The notes under the pieces: model-generated
Seen by the model: the letters and a program-made list of their open reading frames with translations, nothing else
What the model was told of the DNA's origin: nothing
Database searches by the model: none
Program-made: the position numbers and the translations under genes
Assembly (NCBI GenBank): GCA_002070965.1
Contig: MWEH01000151.1
Span: 2,252 to 66,251 of the forward strand
Length of the DNA: 64,000 nucleotides
Source of the DNA: Firmicutes bacterium ADurb.Bin080
GTDB taxonomy: Bacteria > Bacillota > Clostridia > Christensenellales > DTU072
Direction: 5' to 3'
Shown here: positions 35,283 through 45,334 of the stretch, in pieces
How positions within the stretch are numbered: position 1 is the first letter of the stretch
How the letters are laid out: every line of letters begins with the position of its first letter

Positions 35283-37157
35283 ATGTTTTCTGATTTCAGT
35301 TTCGGATGTAATTATTGGGCGTCTTACTCAGGAACCAACATGTGGAGAGATTTCCAAATAGATGAGATTGATAAGGATCTTATCTCTCTTGAAAAAATTG
35401 GTGCCAAAATTTTGCGAGTATTTCCGCTTTGGAGTGATTTCCAACCAATTTCTCCTATCTTCACACAAGAGGGAAAACTTCTACAAGTAGTAGACAATCA
35501 CAATAACCCCGTTTTAGACAATGGGATTGATCCTGTAATGACTCAAAGATTAGCTTCTTTTTTAGACCTTGCTGAATCACATGGATTCAAAGTAATCATT
35601 TCATTATTGACTGGTTGGATGAGCGGTAGATTGTTTGTTCCTACTCTTTTTTTTAATCGGAACGTATTAACCGACCCTTTATGCCTAATTTGGGAAAAGA
35701 AATACGTGCAGGGTATAGTAAACGAGTTCAAGAGAAATAAGACCATAATCGCATGGGATTTGGGTAATGAATGCAATTGCATGGCAGAGGTTTCTAATCG
35801 CGAACAAGCCAGGCTCTGGACTTCTTTTATAGCCGATTCAATAAAAATTTTAGATAACAGACCTATAATTTCTGGAATGCATAGCCTGGATGCCTCTACT
35901 GAAGGAATATGGGTAATAGAAGATCAAGCAAACTATTGCGACGTGCTAACCACACATCCATACGACTACTGGGTCCCCTACTGTTTATCGGATTCAATTA
36001 ATTCCACTCGCTCTGTCCTGCATTCAGTTGGGGAATCCTGTCTATACTCATCAATAGGAGAAAAACCTTGCATCGTTGAAGAAATCGGAACTATGGGTCC
36101 CATGATAGCAGATGAAATATTCTCAGAAAACTATCTTAAAACAACACTTTTCTCTTGTTTTTTTAATGGTATAAAAACATATTTGTGGTGGTGCGCATTT
36201 GATCAAGATAATCTCACTTTCCCTCCTTATTCATACATGGGTTGCGAAAGAGAACTTGGATTAATGACTTCAGACAGAAAACTAAAGAATTTTGCAAAAA
36301 AGCTTCCCGATTATCTGAAGAGCATTGCGGAAATTAGTTTTCTTCCCTCAAAAGAATCCCCTTCAGTCGAATGTCTTCTTACCGATGGAATTGAGTCCTG
36401 GCCAGTATCCTTTGGCTCATATATTCTCGCCCGCCAATCGGGTTTAGATATCTCTTTTCGTTTGTCAAATCAATTATTTAAAAATAGAGCGAAAGCTTAT
36501 ATTCTGCCCTCAATAAAGGGAAACCGGGTTATCGCTAAAAAGAGTTATTCTATCTTGATGGATTATGTGAAGCTGGGCTCTTCTCTGTTGATAACATTGG
36601 ATGATGGATTTCTTTCTCCTTTTGAAAGTTTTACAGGGGTAAAAGTAAGCTCTTTTAAAAAAGCTCCGGCTAAAAAAACAATCCAGATGAAAGGTTTTCT
36701 GCATACTATTGAGATGGGTAGTGAATATGAATTAATCCCAACAACAGCGGAAATACTCGCCGAAAATGAGAGCGGACATCCTGTTTTCTTCCGAAATAAA
36801 TATGGGAAAGGGTGGGTATATACTTATGCTTATCCAATTGAAAAATACGTTGGGTCAACACCCGCAATCGCTTCGGATGAAATGAGTTCGCATTTTTCCG
36901 TTTATAAAGAGTTTTCTAACATTCTTGATAAAGCGTTCTTAAACAAAAATGAAAAGAATATCATTGTATCCGAACATATTGTCTCGGATACAGAAGTAAT
37001 AGTCTGTTTAATTAACTGCTCAAAATTAAATAAAGAAATTAAACTGGATTTAAACAACGGGTTTGTATTTAAGGAAGCAATAATTGGAAGCGTAAAAAAT
37101 AACATGCTCTTTATTAATACAATGGATATAGCTGTACTAAGGGTAATCAAAATTTAA
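35283..37157 (+). CDS. Clan GH-A (TIM-barrel) glycoside hydrolase, cellulase-like / GH5-GH42-like; specificity unknown
   Basis: 624-aa ORF with no signal peptide. FGCNYW..., the AWDLGNE acid/base motif and a later VEEIG (candidate nucleophile Glu). The C-terminal half resembles the accessory domains of GH42-type enzymes. Confidence 0.6.
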   Translation: MFSDFSFGCNYWASYSGTNMWRDFQIDEIDKDLISLEKIGAKILRVFPLWSDFQPISPIFTQEGKLLQVVDNHNNPVLDNGIDPVMTQRLASFLDLAESHGFKVIISLLTGWMSGRLFVPTLFFNRNVLTDPLCLIWEKKYVQGIVNEFKRNKTIIAWDLGNECNCMAEVSNREQARLWTSFIADSIKILDNRPIISGMHSLDASTEGIWVIEDQANYCDVLTTHPYDYWVPYCLSDSINSTRSVLHSVGESCLYSSIGEKPCIVEEIGTMGPMIADEIFSENYLKTTLFSCFFNGIKTYLWWCAFDQDNLTFPPYSYMGCERELGLMTSDRKLKNFAKKLPDYLKSIAEISFLPSKESPSVECLLTDGIESWPVSFGSYILARQSGLDISFRLSNQLFKNRAKAYILPSIKGNRVIAKKSYSILMDYVKLGSSLLITLDDGFLSPFESFTGVKVSSFKKAPAKKTIQMKGFLHTIEMGSEYELIPTTAEILAENESGHPVFFRNKYGKGWVYTYAYPIEKYVGSTPAIASDEMSSHFSVYKEFSNILDKAFLNKNEKNIIVSEHIVSDTEVIVCLINCSKLNKEIKLDLNNGFVFKEAIIGSVKNNMLFINTMDIAVLRVIKI

Positions 37158-37266
37158 TTCTAACCCTCGCTTCCCGATCAATTTATCATTATATTTCTAG
37201 TTTTTCGTCTAAAAAATAAGCTTATTGGACCCTCTTCGAGGGAAATAGTATACTGGTTTTTCAAGA

Positions 37267-37941
37267 TTATCTTAAGGTTTTTAGATAAGTCTTTCTTTCT
37301 TCACTTATTCTGAAGCTATCCACTGCCTTTTGTATAGTCTTTTTTTGCACAGATTTCGGTAACTTTCTTGATTCAATATATGGCAGTGTTTCCTCATATT
37401 TGTGGACTAAGGCATAGCTCAAAAACCAAGCGAGCCCCATATCAACATAATACTCCCCTGTATCGGCTTCCAACGCAATCTTAATAATTTCCGGGGAAAA
37501 ATTATCCTCCAAGAAAAACCTCATCAACATATTCAAGGCAAATCTTGAAACCCACGTACTTGCCCTAATCCACTCTTTTACTTTTTCAAGTAATTTTTCG
37601 GGATTCTTTGCAAAAACCTCCGGGGATAAGGTATCACAAACTGCCCAATTGTCAATATATGGGAAAAATCTTTCACATCCCTCTACCGCCCTATCAAAAT
37701 TATCTTTTTCCTGAGACAAAAAAGCAGCATGGAGAATATTCTCCTCGTAGTATTTATGGGGCAGATCATTCAAAAAATCCTTTGCATAGTCAGAATGAAT
37801 ATACTGCTTTACAATACTTCTTATTCCATTAGCCCTTATCCCAATAAAATTGTCAATATTTACTGTGGGCACGAGTTTCGAAATGAACAATTTATATTTA
37901 TCATCCTTTAATTCAAGCAATTTATTAAGGATTTCATTCAT
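37267..37941 (-). CDS. DNA alkylation repair protein (AlkD/AlkC-like HEAT-repeat family)
   Basis: The start is set at ATG 37941 (AGGAGG RBS 6 nt upstream) rather than the track start at 37974. It is a helical-repeat protein with a ...IRANGIRSIVKQ... and a WAVCD motif. Confidence 0.65.
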   Translation of the reverse strand: MNEILNKLLELKDDKYKLFISKLVPTVNIDNFIGIRANGIRSIVKQYIHSDYAKDFLNDLPHKYYEENILHAAFLSQEKDNFDRAVEGCERFFPYIDNWAVCDTLSPEVFAKNPEKLLEKVKEWIRASTWVSRFALNMLMRFFLEDNFSPEIIKIALEADTGEYYVDMGLAWFLSYALVHKYEETLPYIESRKLPKSVQKKTIQKAVDSFRISEERKTYLKTLR

Positions 37942-37984
37942 TGTTTTCCTCCTGAGCAAAAAAATATCTTTCATCCACTAAGTG

Positions 37985-38075
37985 TCAATGGAATTATACT
38001 ATGATTATTAACTTGTAAATACAAGAAATATCCTTTATCAACATGGAATAATTCTAAGATTATTAACTTGTAAAA
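37985..38075. repeat. Two imperfect direct repeats of about 35 nt (period about 53) in a divergent promoter region
   Basis: tcaATGGAATtATaCTAtGATTATTAACTTGTAAA (from 37985) matches tcaacATGGAATaATtCTAaGATTATTAACTTGTAAA (from 38038). Confidence 0.7.
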
Positions 38076-38194
38076 ATTTTATCTTGATTATACCACAAGC
38101 TTTTTCCAAAAAATAAACATGTTAGATATTTTGCTTCTTGAATACAATATACTATTTGTAGTAGTATATAAAAATAGGTTATAAGGAGGCACTA

Positions 38195-39445
38195 ATGAAA
38201 ATTAATAATGAACTTAAACAACAGGCAGTTGACTACTCAATGGATTCGATTAAACAAATCTGCGAAACCATAGGTCCAAGGGAGTCGGGGATGCCCGCCG
38301 AACTAAAATGTCAAGAATGGATAAAAAAGGAACTCGAAGACAAAAAATGGGTTGATTCTGCAGAAATAGAGCCCTTTAAAATGGCGAGATACGGGCTTCT
38401 TTCTTTTGGCCCAGTAATAGGCACACTAATGATGATTGCGGCAATTTTTCAAGTAATTGCATACTTTATCCCATCAAGTGGATTAGTTCTTGCTGCTAAC
38501 ATAATAACGATATCTTTTTCTATTTTGTCTTTTATAATCGGAGTTCTGCAATTTCTTTTTTACAAACAGTTTTTAGATGTTTTTCTTCCGAAACTTGAGT
38601 CACATAACCTTTATGGAAAAATAAAACCCGAAGGAGAAATGAAAAGACGAGTTGTCATCGGAGGACACTGCGATTCTGCTTATGAATTTACTATCATGAA
38701 AATTCACCAGAATGTAATGGTTGCCTCAATAGCAATTAATATCATTTTTGTCCTTGTTGGAATTGTTATGGCCGCTATTAGTCTAGGAAGTCTTGCTAAA
38801 GAGATTCCACTATGGAGTATGATAATTTTCGCAGTTTCTGCAGTATTATATATCACTTTCTTTCTTCTTTTCGATTTCACAACTGTTGTACCTGGTGCAA
38901 ATGACAACCTTACAGGTACTTTTGTTGCAGTATCTGTTGCGAAGTGTCTAAAAGAAAGTGGAGTTAAACTACAGAACACTCAAGTAGAAATTCTTCTAAC
39001 CGGGTCTGAGGAGGCTGGCCTTCGCGGAGCAAACGCTTGGTCGAAAAAATACAAGCCCGTATTTGATGCTGAAGGAGTGGAAACTGTATTTATTGCTTTT
39101 GACAGTATGAGAGACTTTGACTGGATGACAATTTATCATAAAGATATGAGTGGTATAGTAACTAACTCCCCAAGAGCGGTAAAATTACTTGATAAAGCCG
39201 GGGAGCGATTGGGGTTAAAATTACCGCATGGCGTAGTCCCTGCAGGTGCTTCCGATGCAGCAGCTGTCTCTAAAAACGGTCTTCATGCTGTATGTGTCGC
39301 AGCTCAAAACCCACACGGAGCCCCCTATTACCATAATACTAGAGATACTGCCGACAATATGGATCCGAAAACCTTCGCCCTCGGGCTTGATATAGCTTTA
39401 TCAGCTATTGAAGTCTTTGATGAGGAAGGACTTCCTGAAGTATAA
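38195..39445 (+). CDS. Membrane-embedded M28-family metallopeptidase
   Basis: 416-aa ORF with GGHCDS, NDNLTG and SEEAGLRGA motifs (M28 zinc ligands). Four hydrophobic helices are inserted in the middle. Confidence 0.75.
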   Translation: MKINNELKQQAVDYSMDSIKQICETIGPRESGMPAELKCQEWIKKELEDKKWVDSAEIEPFKMARYGLLSFGPVIGTLMMIAAIFQVIAYFIPSSGLVLAANIITISFSILSFIIGVLQFLFYKQFLDVFLPKLESHNLYGKIKPEGEMKRRVVIGGHCDSAYEFTIMKIHQNVMVASIAINIIFVLVGIVMAAISLGSLAKEIPLWSMIIFAVSAVLYITFFLLFDFTTVVPGANDNLTGTFVAVSVAKCLKESGVKLQNTQVEILLTGSEEAGLRGANAWSKKYKPVFDAEGVETVFIAFDSMRDFDWMTIYHKDMSGIVTNSPRAVKLLDKAGERLGLKLPHGVVPAGASDAAAVSKNGLHAVCVAAQNPHGAPYYHNTRDTADNMDPKTFALGLDIALSAIEVFDEEGLPEV

Positions 39446-39466
39446 TCTGAACCAATAAATAGCACG

Positions 39467-39497
39467 AAAGGTATCCAAAAACTGGATACCTTTTTTA
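39467..39497. terminator. Bidirectional rho-independent terminator between convergent genes
   Basis: aAAGGTATCC-aaaaact-GGATACCTT-ttttatt. Confidence 0.8.
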
Positions 39498-39522
39498 TTG
39501 CTTTAATATTCTTAGCAAGAAT

Positions 39523-40521
39523 CTATGGTATATTTACAGGGTTTTTATTTGTTCCGTAGTTGAATTCAACCACCATTTTAGATGCCTCTACACGATCTCC
39601 GAACCAAGACACTACGTTTTCGTTATTCCAGATTTGGTTTATTGACCTTTGATATGAATGAATTATTTCAGAATTGTATTCAACCTGAAGCACTTTGTCT
39701 CTTTTTGCTGTTACACAGATATTGTTAATCAATATACCGTTGATGAGTTGCCAATCAACAGAAAAATCCTCTTCCAATCCTTCCGCATTTTCACTTAAAG
39801 AAAATGGCACATAATCGTTATTATTCCCTATTATGTCAATAGTTTTGTATAGACTTATTTTTTGAGCAAATAATGTCCTGTTTTGGGTGGAAAAAACCGA
39901 GTCTAAAAACGACGATAGATCCGAATATTTTTTCATTATACTAAGTATTAGATTTGGATTAATGTGCACATCAAATAACTGCAATACTCTCTTATCATAA
40001 CTGCTTGGGTCGAAGTCATCGCTGGCCCCGGAGAATTCAATTATTCCGTCAACCTTTACAGTAAATATTCCATCAGTTTTGCTGTATTCGGCTATGCTTT
40101 CCTGAATGAATATCGGGTTTTTATTCTTCTCATCCTCAAACATCGGCATATTGCTTTCATCTTTCTGAACATCCGTAAAAGAAATCTTCACATACTCGCT
40201 TCCCGAAATCTTTGCGTAATAATAAGTGATTTTAGGTTTATACCATTTTTTATCTTCAGGATTATCCTTGTAATTGGGCATTTCTTTGTTTGTATAATCG
40301 AAATTAGCCAGGGTTTCGTTGTAGATATCCACGGTATACTCGTATTCCTCTGATGCGGTAAGCAAATCTAAGGCTTCATTATACTTTATTGATGTCTTAT
40401 TGGCCTCTTCGTGTATATTGCTTATTAGCTCTGCCTCAGATAAATTTGCATTACATGCGGAAAGAAGAAGGGAACCAATTAATAGAAGTAAAGTTAAGAC
40501 AAATGATATTGATCTTCTCAT
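39523..40521 (-). CDS. Hypothetical lipoprotein
   Basis: 332-aa ORF. It has a signal peptide ending in the lipobox LLLSAC. Its start overlaps the stop of the upstream GPH transporter by 4 nt. Confidence 0.6.
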   Translation of the reverse strand: MRRSISFVLTLLLLIGSLLLSACNANLSEAELISNIHEEANKTSIKYNEALDLLTASEEYEYTVDIYNETLANFDYTNKEMPNYKDNPEDKKWYKPKITYYYAKISGSEYVKISFTDVQKDESNMPMFEDEKNKNPIFIQESIAEYSKTDGIFTVKVDGIIEFSGASDDFDPSSYDKRVLQLFDVHINPNLILSIMKKYSDLSSFLDSVFSTQNRTLFAQKISLYKTIDIIGNNNDYVPFSLSENAEGLEEDFSVDWQLINGILINNICVTAKRDKVLQVEYNSEIIHSYQRSINQIWNNENVVSWFGDRVEASKMVVEFNYGTNKNPVNIP

Positions 40522-41984
40522 AAGTCACTACTCTCACTATCAACACAAATTTCTTGTGAGGAACCAAAAACCTCAGGACTATTCTCCTCTAGTTTTTCTA
40601 GCAGATTTTCTGAATCACTTTCTCTTTTTGTTTGGAGTCTTTTCTGTATATCAAGCATTCTATTGCCAGAAAGTTTATAAAAGAACATCGGAATGATAGA
40701 AGCAAGATTTAGAACAGCAGGAATAATCGTAAAGAGCATAAAAATCCCACTCTGAGTAAACTCCAATTGCCAAGGAGAATGGTCATTTATAGTCGTCAGA
40801 GGAGTAGAAAACATAAAGTAAGTCAAAAAAGAAGCCAGGACAAAATCCTTTAACGCGCTCGAAACTTTTCCCCTTAACGAAATTATAGAGAAGGTAACTC
40901 CCTCTTGTCTTCTTCCAGTTTTGTCTTCCCAATAATCTAGGGTATCCATAGCCATCAGGTGAGGAACTACATTAAGTATGCCTACTGGAAGCATTGCAAG
41001 AAACATCAATGCAGATGTAACTATCCAAGGAACCTTATACCCCACAATAAAGACCAAAAGCAGTGCTAATGAGTGGAAAATAGTTGAGAAAATAAATAAC
41101 TGTTTTGCATCCATTTTCTTTTTAAGTTTAGGTGCAAAAAGCATTCCTAACATTGCTGCGACAGCTCCTGGAAGAGCAAAAGCAATATTCAGGGAGCCGT
41201 TTCCATAAATATATGAAACTACATATATGATAGAAGCCGATACTAGATTTCTAAAAAAAGTAAGTAGATTGGAGATAATCATTATCCCAAACTGTTTGTT
41301 TTGGAAGAGATATTTAAACCCATCAAGTAATTTTGTGGTATCAAGTGTGGGTTTAATCCTTTCTTTAATAGAAAAAGCTCCCATTAACATGAATACTGGA
41401 GCTATCAGCCCGATAATTATACCCATGGTCATATAGCTATATTTCATATTCATGAATATTGCAAACAATGAATATAGAACTAGAGCGGACTGCTCACCTA
41501 TCGACCCTACCACTCTACTTATAGAAATAAGTTTAGTTCTTTCATCGTTGTTTGGGGAGGCAACCGCTGGTAAACCATCGAGAGGAACTCCAACAATTGA
41601 CCCGACAAAACCATATAGAAGGTAGGTTACATACATGTAAACCAATTTTAACTCTGATCCAAAAGAGTTTATGGGTAAAAAAAGGAGTATCGTTATTATT
41701 CCAAACGGAATAGCCCCAAAAATCAAATATGGTCTTAATTTCCCCCACCTTGTTCGTGTTTTATCAATAAAACTGCCCATTATTGGGTCATCAACACCAT
41801 CAAAAATTTTGGAAATAAGAAACATTATTCCAACTGAAACAGGTTTTACACCTAAAACTGCTGTGTAAAAAATCAATAGATACCCTTGAGCAAGACCGCT
41901 AACTGCCGAAGCTGCAAAACGAGCCATAGAAAAGGTAATATAATCCTTTTTCTTTAAATATTTTTTCTCTGCAACATTTTCCAT
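40518..41984 (-). CDS. GPH-family sugar:cation symporter
   Basis: 488-aa polytopic ORF with DGVDDPIMGSFIDKTRTRWGKLRPYL. Confidence 0.85.
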   Translation of the reverse strand: MENVAEKKYLKKKDYITFSMARFAASAVSGLAQGYLLIFYTAVLGVKPVSVGIMFLISKIFDGVDDPIMGSFIDKTRTRWGKLRPYLIFGAIPFGIITILLFLPINSFGSELKLVYMYVTYLLYGFVGSIVGVPLDGLPAVASPNNDERTKLISISRVVGSIGEQSALVLYSLFAIFMNMKYSYMTMGIIIGLIAPVFMLMGAFSIKERIKPTLDTTKLLDGFKYLFQNKQFGIMIISNLLTFFRNLVSASIIYVVSYIYGNGSLNIAFALPGAVAAMLGMLFAPKLKKKMDAKQLFIFSTIFHSLALLLVFIVGYKVPWIVTSALMFLAMLPVGILNVVPHLMAMDTLDYWEDKTGRRQEGVTFSIISLRGKVSSALKDFVLASFLTYFMFSTPLTTINDHSPWQLEFTQSGIFMLFTIIPAVLNLASIIPMFFYKLSGNRMLDIQKRLQTKRESDSENLLEKLEENSPEVFGSSQEICVDSESSDL

Positions 41985-42130
41985 AAAAATACCATCAATA
42001 AATAAATTGCTTCTGACATTAAAACTTATTTTACTATAACATACCTGATATGTCCATATATGATAATCTTTTCAGTTTATGTCCGATATTCTTCTCTATT
42101 TAACTAACTAAAACCAACTTAGAGCTCTAT

Positions 42131-42162
42131 CTTGACACCTTGTACACTTGTATTATCTTGTA
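42131..42162 (+). promoter_or_regulatory. Array of four CTTG(A/T)(C/A) direct repeats overlapping the -35 region of the sulfatase promoter
   Basis: CTTGAC at 42131, CTTGTA at 42139, 42147 and 42157 (spacing 8, 8, 10 nt). A TTGTAT-17-TATAAT promoter ends at about 42175. Confidence 0.35.
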
Positions 42163-42199
42163 ATATATCTTATAATTTTAAAAAATCTAGGAGCAATAA

Positions 42200-44098
42200 A
42201 TGAACGAAAAGATCAGAGAGTTTTTATCAATAATTTCTTCAAAACTTCCTTTTTCCTTTTTTTGCATCATAAGTATTTTCTTCCTAGTAATGATTATCGG
42301 CGGATTCAACTTTTTAAGCATGGTTGCGATTGTGATTGCGATGATTATTCCGATTATTATGATTCCTTTTGTTGTTAAGAAAAGCTCATCTATTATCTGG
42401 ATATTCTTTTCTTATTTAGTAATCGTCTTAGGAAATTTTATTTTTTATTTAGTCTGGGGTGCTGACCCTTTTCTAACCAGAGGATTGAATAATCTCGCAT
42501 TAACTATAGCACCAGTAGTATTAGCTATATTGTTTTGGTTTTTGCCTCGAATAATGGAAGCTAATGACTATAGATGGATTGCCATTATTATTTTAATAGC
42601 AATGACTATATCCAATCTTTTATCTTTTTTTGCTACCGTTTTTCGGGTGAGACCTAGAGTAGAATCAATGAAATCCGGACACGATGAATACCTTGCTTCC
42701 ATTACTGATACTTCAGCCAACTCTCCAAACATATTGATAGTTTTAATGGATGACATGGGTTACTCGGATCTGTCAAGTTATAGCTATTTAGGCGAATCGG
42801 AAGCTACGATTAAAACCCCTAATATCGATGCGCTTGCAGACGATGGGGTTCTGATGGAGAACTTTTATTCGGCCTCTCCTGTTTGTTCCCCCTCTCGTTT
42901 CTCTCTACTAACTGGTAGATATTGTTCGAGAGGATATTTGGACGAAGTCGTTTTTCCAACCAAATTATCATGGAACCCTTTTGGAACAACAAGGTTTTTT
43001 AATCCCTTTCTATTTAAAAACAACGTAGATGGCATTCTAGGAGATGAAATAACAATTGCCGAAGCCCTGAAAAGCGCTGGCTACAATACTGGAGCAATTG
43101 GAAAATGGAATTTAGGAGATTATGGACAATATCTTCCCACCAATCAAGGGTTTAACTATTTTTATGGGAGCCATTATGTAAACGATATGACTCCATATAA
43201 TTGGGTCAGGGAAGTAAACGGAGAACCTGTAGAGGTATTAAGCCATCATGATATCGAAGACCAATCAGAAACATCGAAAATGCTCACTCAGGAGGTCAAT
43301 GGATTTATAAACTCATCAATCGATAACAACCAAAAGTTTTTTGCCTACTATGCTACTCCATGGCCACATTATCCTATTTTTTCGGGAGTAAAGGGAGACA
43401 CTTCCGATGACTGTTATATTGACTGTATCGAGGAATTTGACTCTTACTTAGGTACAATAATTCAAAATCTTAAAGATCGCGGAGTATATGATGATACCCT
43501 TATTATTTTCTCCAGTGATAATGGACCTGGAAGAGAAGGCTCATCTGGAGCATTGAGGGGTAGGAAGGGAACAACTTTCGAAGGCGGGCAAAAAGTCCCT
43601 TTCATAGCAACTTACGTGAATGGAGGAATCGGAAAAGGAGGTACACTGCCAGTAAGCAATGTAATAGAATCTTCAGCAATGAACATAGATTTATTCCCAA
43701 CCATTCTTTCTTATGCCGGGATAGACAACTTGCCATCTGATAGAATTATTGACGGAGTTAACATCCGGAACCTTTTAGAAGGAACTATACCTGTCAACCA
43801 ACCTGTTCATGAATCCTTGTACTACATTGCTAAAGGAAATGTTTTGGCTGTTCAAAAAGCTCTTTCAGATGGAGAAAATACCTCGGTTTTCAAATATTAC
43901 GAAAAAGTGCGATCCGAAAACACCGCATTTTTTGACCAAGTATATAAGAATTACCTCTTTAATCTTTCCCTTGACCCTATTGAGGCATATAACATTTCAA
44001 TGGCACATCCGGAAATCTCACAATCTTTAAACGAAGACCTCCTCTTTTTTAGAGAACAACTCAAAGAGAACCAAAGAGGAATTATTAAGGATAATTGA
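42200..44098 (+). CDS. Membrane-anchored Cys-type (formylglycine) sulfatase
   Basis: 632-aa ORF. Five N-terminal TM helices are followed by a sulfatase domain with LMDDMGYSD and the FGly motif SPVCSPSRFSLLTGR (C-x-P-x-R), then GKWNLG and SDNGP motifs. Confidence 0.85.
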   Translation: MNEKIREFLSIISSKLPFSFFCIISIFFLVMIIGGFNFLSMVAIVIAMIIPIIMIPFVVKKSSSIIWIFFSYLVIVLGNFIFYLVWGADPFLTRGLNNLALTIAPVVLAILFWFLPRIMEANDYRWIAIIILIAMTISNLLSFFATVFRVRPRVESMKSGHDEYLASITDTSANSPNILIVLMDDMGYSDLSSYSYLGESEATIKTPNIDALADDGVLMENFYSASPVCSPSRFSLLTGRYCSRGYLDEVVFPTKLSWNPFGTTRFFNPFLFKNNVDGILGDEITIAEALKSAGYNTGAIGKWNLGDYGQYLPTNQGFNYFYGSHYVNDMTPYNWVREVNGEPVEVLSHHDIEDQSETSKMLTQEVNGFINSSIDNNQKFFAYYATPWPHYPIFSGVKGDTSDDCYIDCIEEFDSYLGTIIQNLKDRGVYDDTLIIFSSDNGPGREGSSGALRGRKGTTFEGGQKVPFIATYVNGGIGKGGTLPVSNVIESSAMNIDLFPTILSYAGIDNLPSDRIIDGVNIRNLLEGTIPVNQPVHESLYYIAKGNVLAVQKALSDGENTSVFKYYEKVRSENTAFFDQVYKNYLFNLSLDPIEAYNISMAHPEISQSLNEDLLFFREQLKENQRGIIKDN

Positions 44099-44178
44099 TA
44101 CTACTTTATCTATTCTTTTAAGAAAACGGGATAATTGATACTTTTTTTAACTATTTATTAAACGAAAAAGGAGAATCC

Positions 44179-45249
44179 ATGCCCCCTATCTCAGTAATGC
44201 TAAAACCCTCTTCAGCTATCTGTAACATGAAATGCCTTTATTGTTTTTATCACTCTTTAGCTAGCCAAAGGGAAAGCTTCTCACTAGGATTTATGAATGA
44301 AGAGATTCTAGAAGAAACGATAAAGAAAGTCTTTTCCTATTCTGATGGAAGCAGAGTATATTTGTCTTTTCAGGGAGGAGAACCTCTGCTAGCAGGAATT
44401 GATTTTTTTGACAGAGCCATGCTTTTTATCGAAAGATACAATACAAAAAACAGTGAAACAGAAATAGTAATTCAAACCAACGGGCTTTTAATCAATGAGG
44501 ATTGGTGTGTGTTTTTTAAAAAGCACAATATTCTTATCGGACTTTCTTTGGATGGGGACGAAATTCATAATATCAATAGAATAAGTATTAATGGGGAACC
44601 TACTTTTAATCAAGTTCTAAAGAATGCAAAACTTCTTCAGAAAAATAATATTTCATTTAATATTCTAACAGTTGTTACTCCCCAAATTGCAAAGGACATT
44701 AAGGAAATTTACGGTTTTTTTAAGGATAATAATTTTAAATACCTTCAATTTATCCCTTGCTTAAAAGCATTAGGAAGTTTAGAAAGCCGTTTTTGTCTTT
44801 CTTCAAAACAGTATGGTGATTTTTTAATCACACTATTTTCTTTGTATATGGCTGACATTATGAATAATAATTATACTAGCATAAGACTTTTCGACAACTT
44901 TGCCCTTCTCGCAAAAAGGTTACCCGCAAACCAATGTGGAATGAACGGACATTGCACCCATCAGTATGTGGTGGAAGGTAATGGGTCTGTTTATCCTTGT
45001 GATTTTTATTGTCTTGATCAGTACAAACTCGGCAACATTAAAGATGAGGATTTTTCCAGCTTATCAAAGAGCCCGATTGCTAAAAATTTCATATCTGAGT
45101 CTCTATTACTCCTAGATAAATGCAAAAAGTGCTCTTACTTTTCTCTCTGTCGTGGAGGGTGCAAAAGAGAATCTTTGGATCTTGATAAATGTGAGGCTTA
45201 CCACAGATTTTTTTCAAATGCCCTTCCCTATCTTGAGAATATATATTAA
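44179..45249 (+). CDS. Anaerobic sulfatase-maturating enzyme (radical SAM, SPASM domain)
   Basis: 356-aa ORF with CNMKCLYCFY (CxxxCxxC) near the N-terminus and Cys-rich C-terminal auxiliary-cluster motifs (CDFYC..., CKKCSYFSLCRGGC). It lies directly downstream of the Cys-type sulfatase. Confidence 0.85.
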   Translation: MPPISVMLKPSSAICNMKCLYCFYHSLASQRESFSLGFMNEEILEETIKKVFSYSDGSRVYLSFQGGEPLLAGIDFFDRAMLFIERYNTKNSETEIVIQTNGLLINEDWCVFFKKHNILIGLSLDGDEIHNINRISINGEPTFNQVLKNAKLLQKNNISFNILTVVTPQIAKDIKEIYGFFKDNNFKYLQFIPCLKALGSLESRFCLSSKQYGDFLITLFSLYMADIMNNNYTSIRLFDNFALLAKRLPANQCGMNGHCTHQYVVEGNGSVYPCDFYCLDQYKLGNIKDEDFSSLSKSPIAKNFISESLLLLDKCKKCSYFSLCRGGCKRESLDLDKCEAYHRFFSNALPYLENIY

Positions 45250-45334
45250 ACTATTACTATCTTCTCTTACTTTTAATATTTTTTAAACACACAACAGAGG
45301 TACTTAATACATTCCCATGCTAAGGAGGGATCTA

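Noticed and set aside
42148-42378. 76-aa ORF upstream of and overlapping the sulfatase start
   Set aside because: It is out of frame with, and overlapped by, the 632-aa sulfatase ORF, which has its own RBS. Its low-complexity Cys/Asp tail comes from a repetitive gattgtgattgcgatg stretch coding for TM residues in the real frame.
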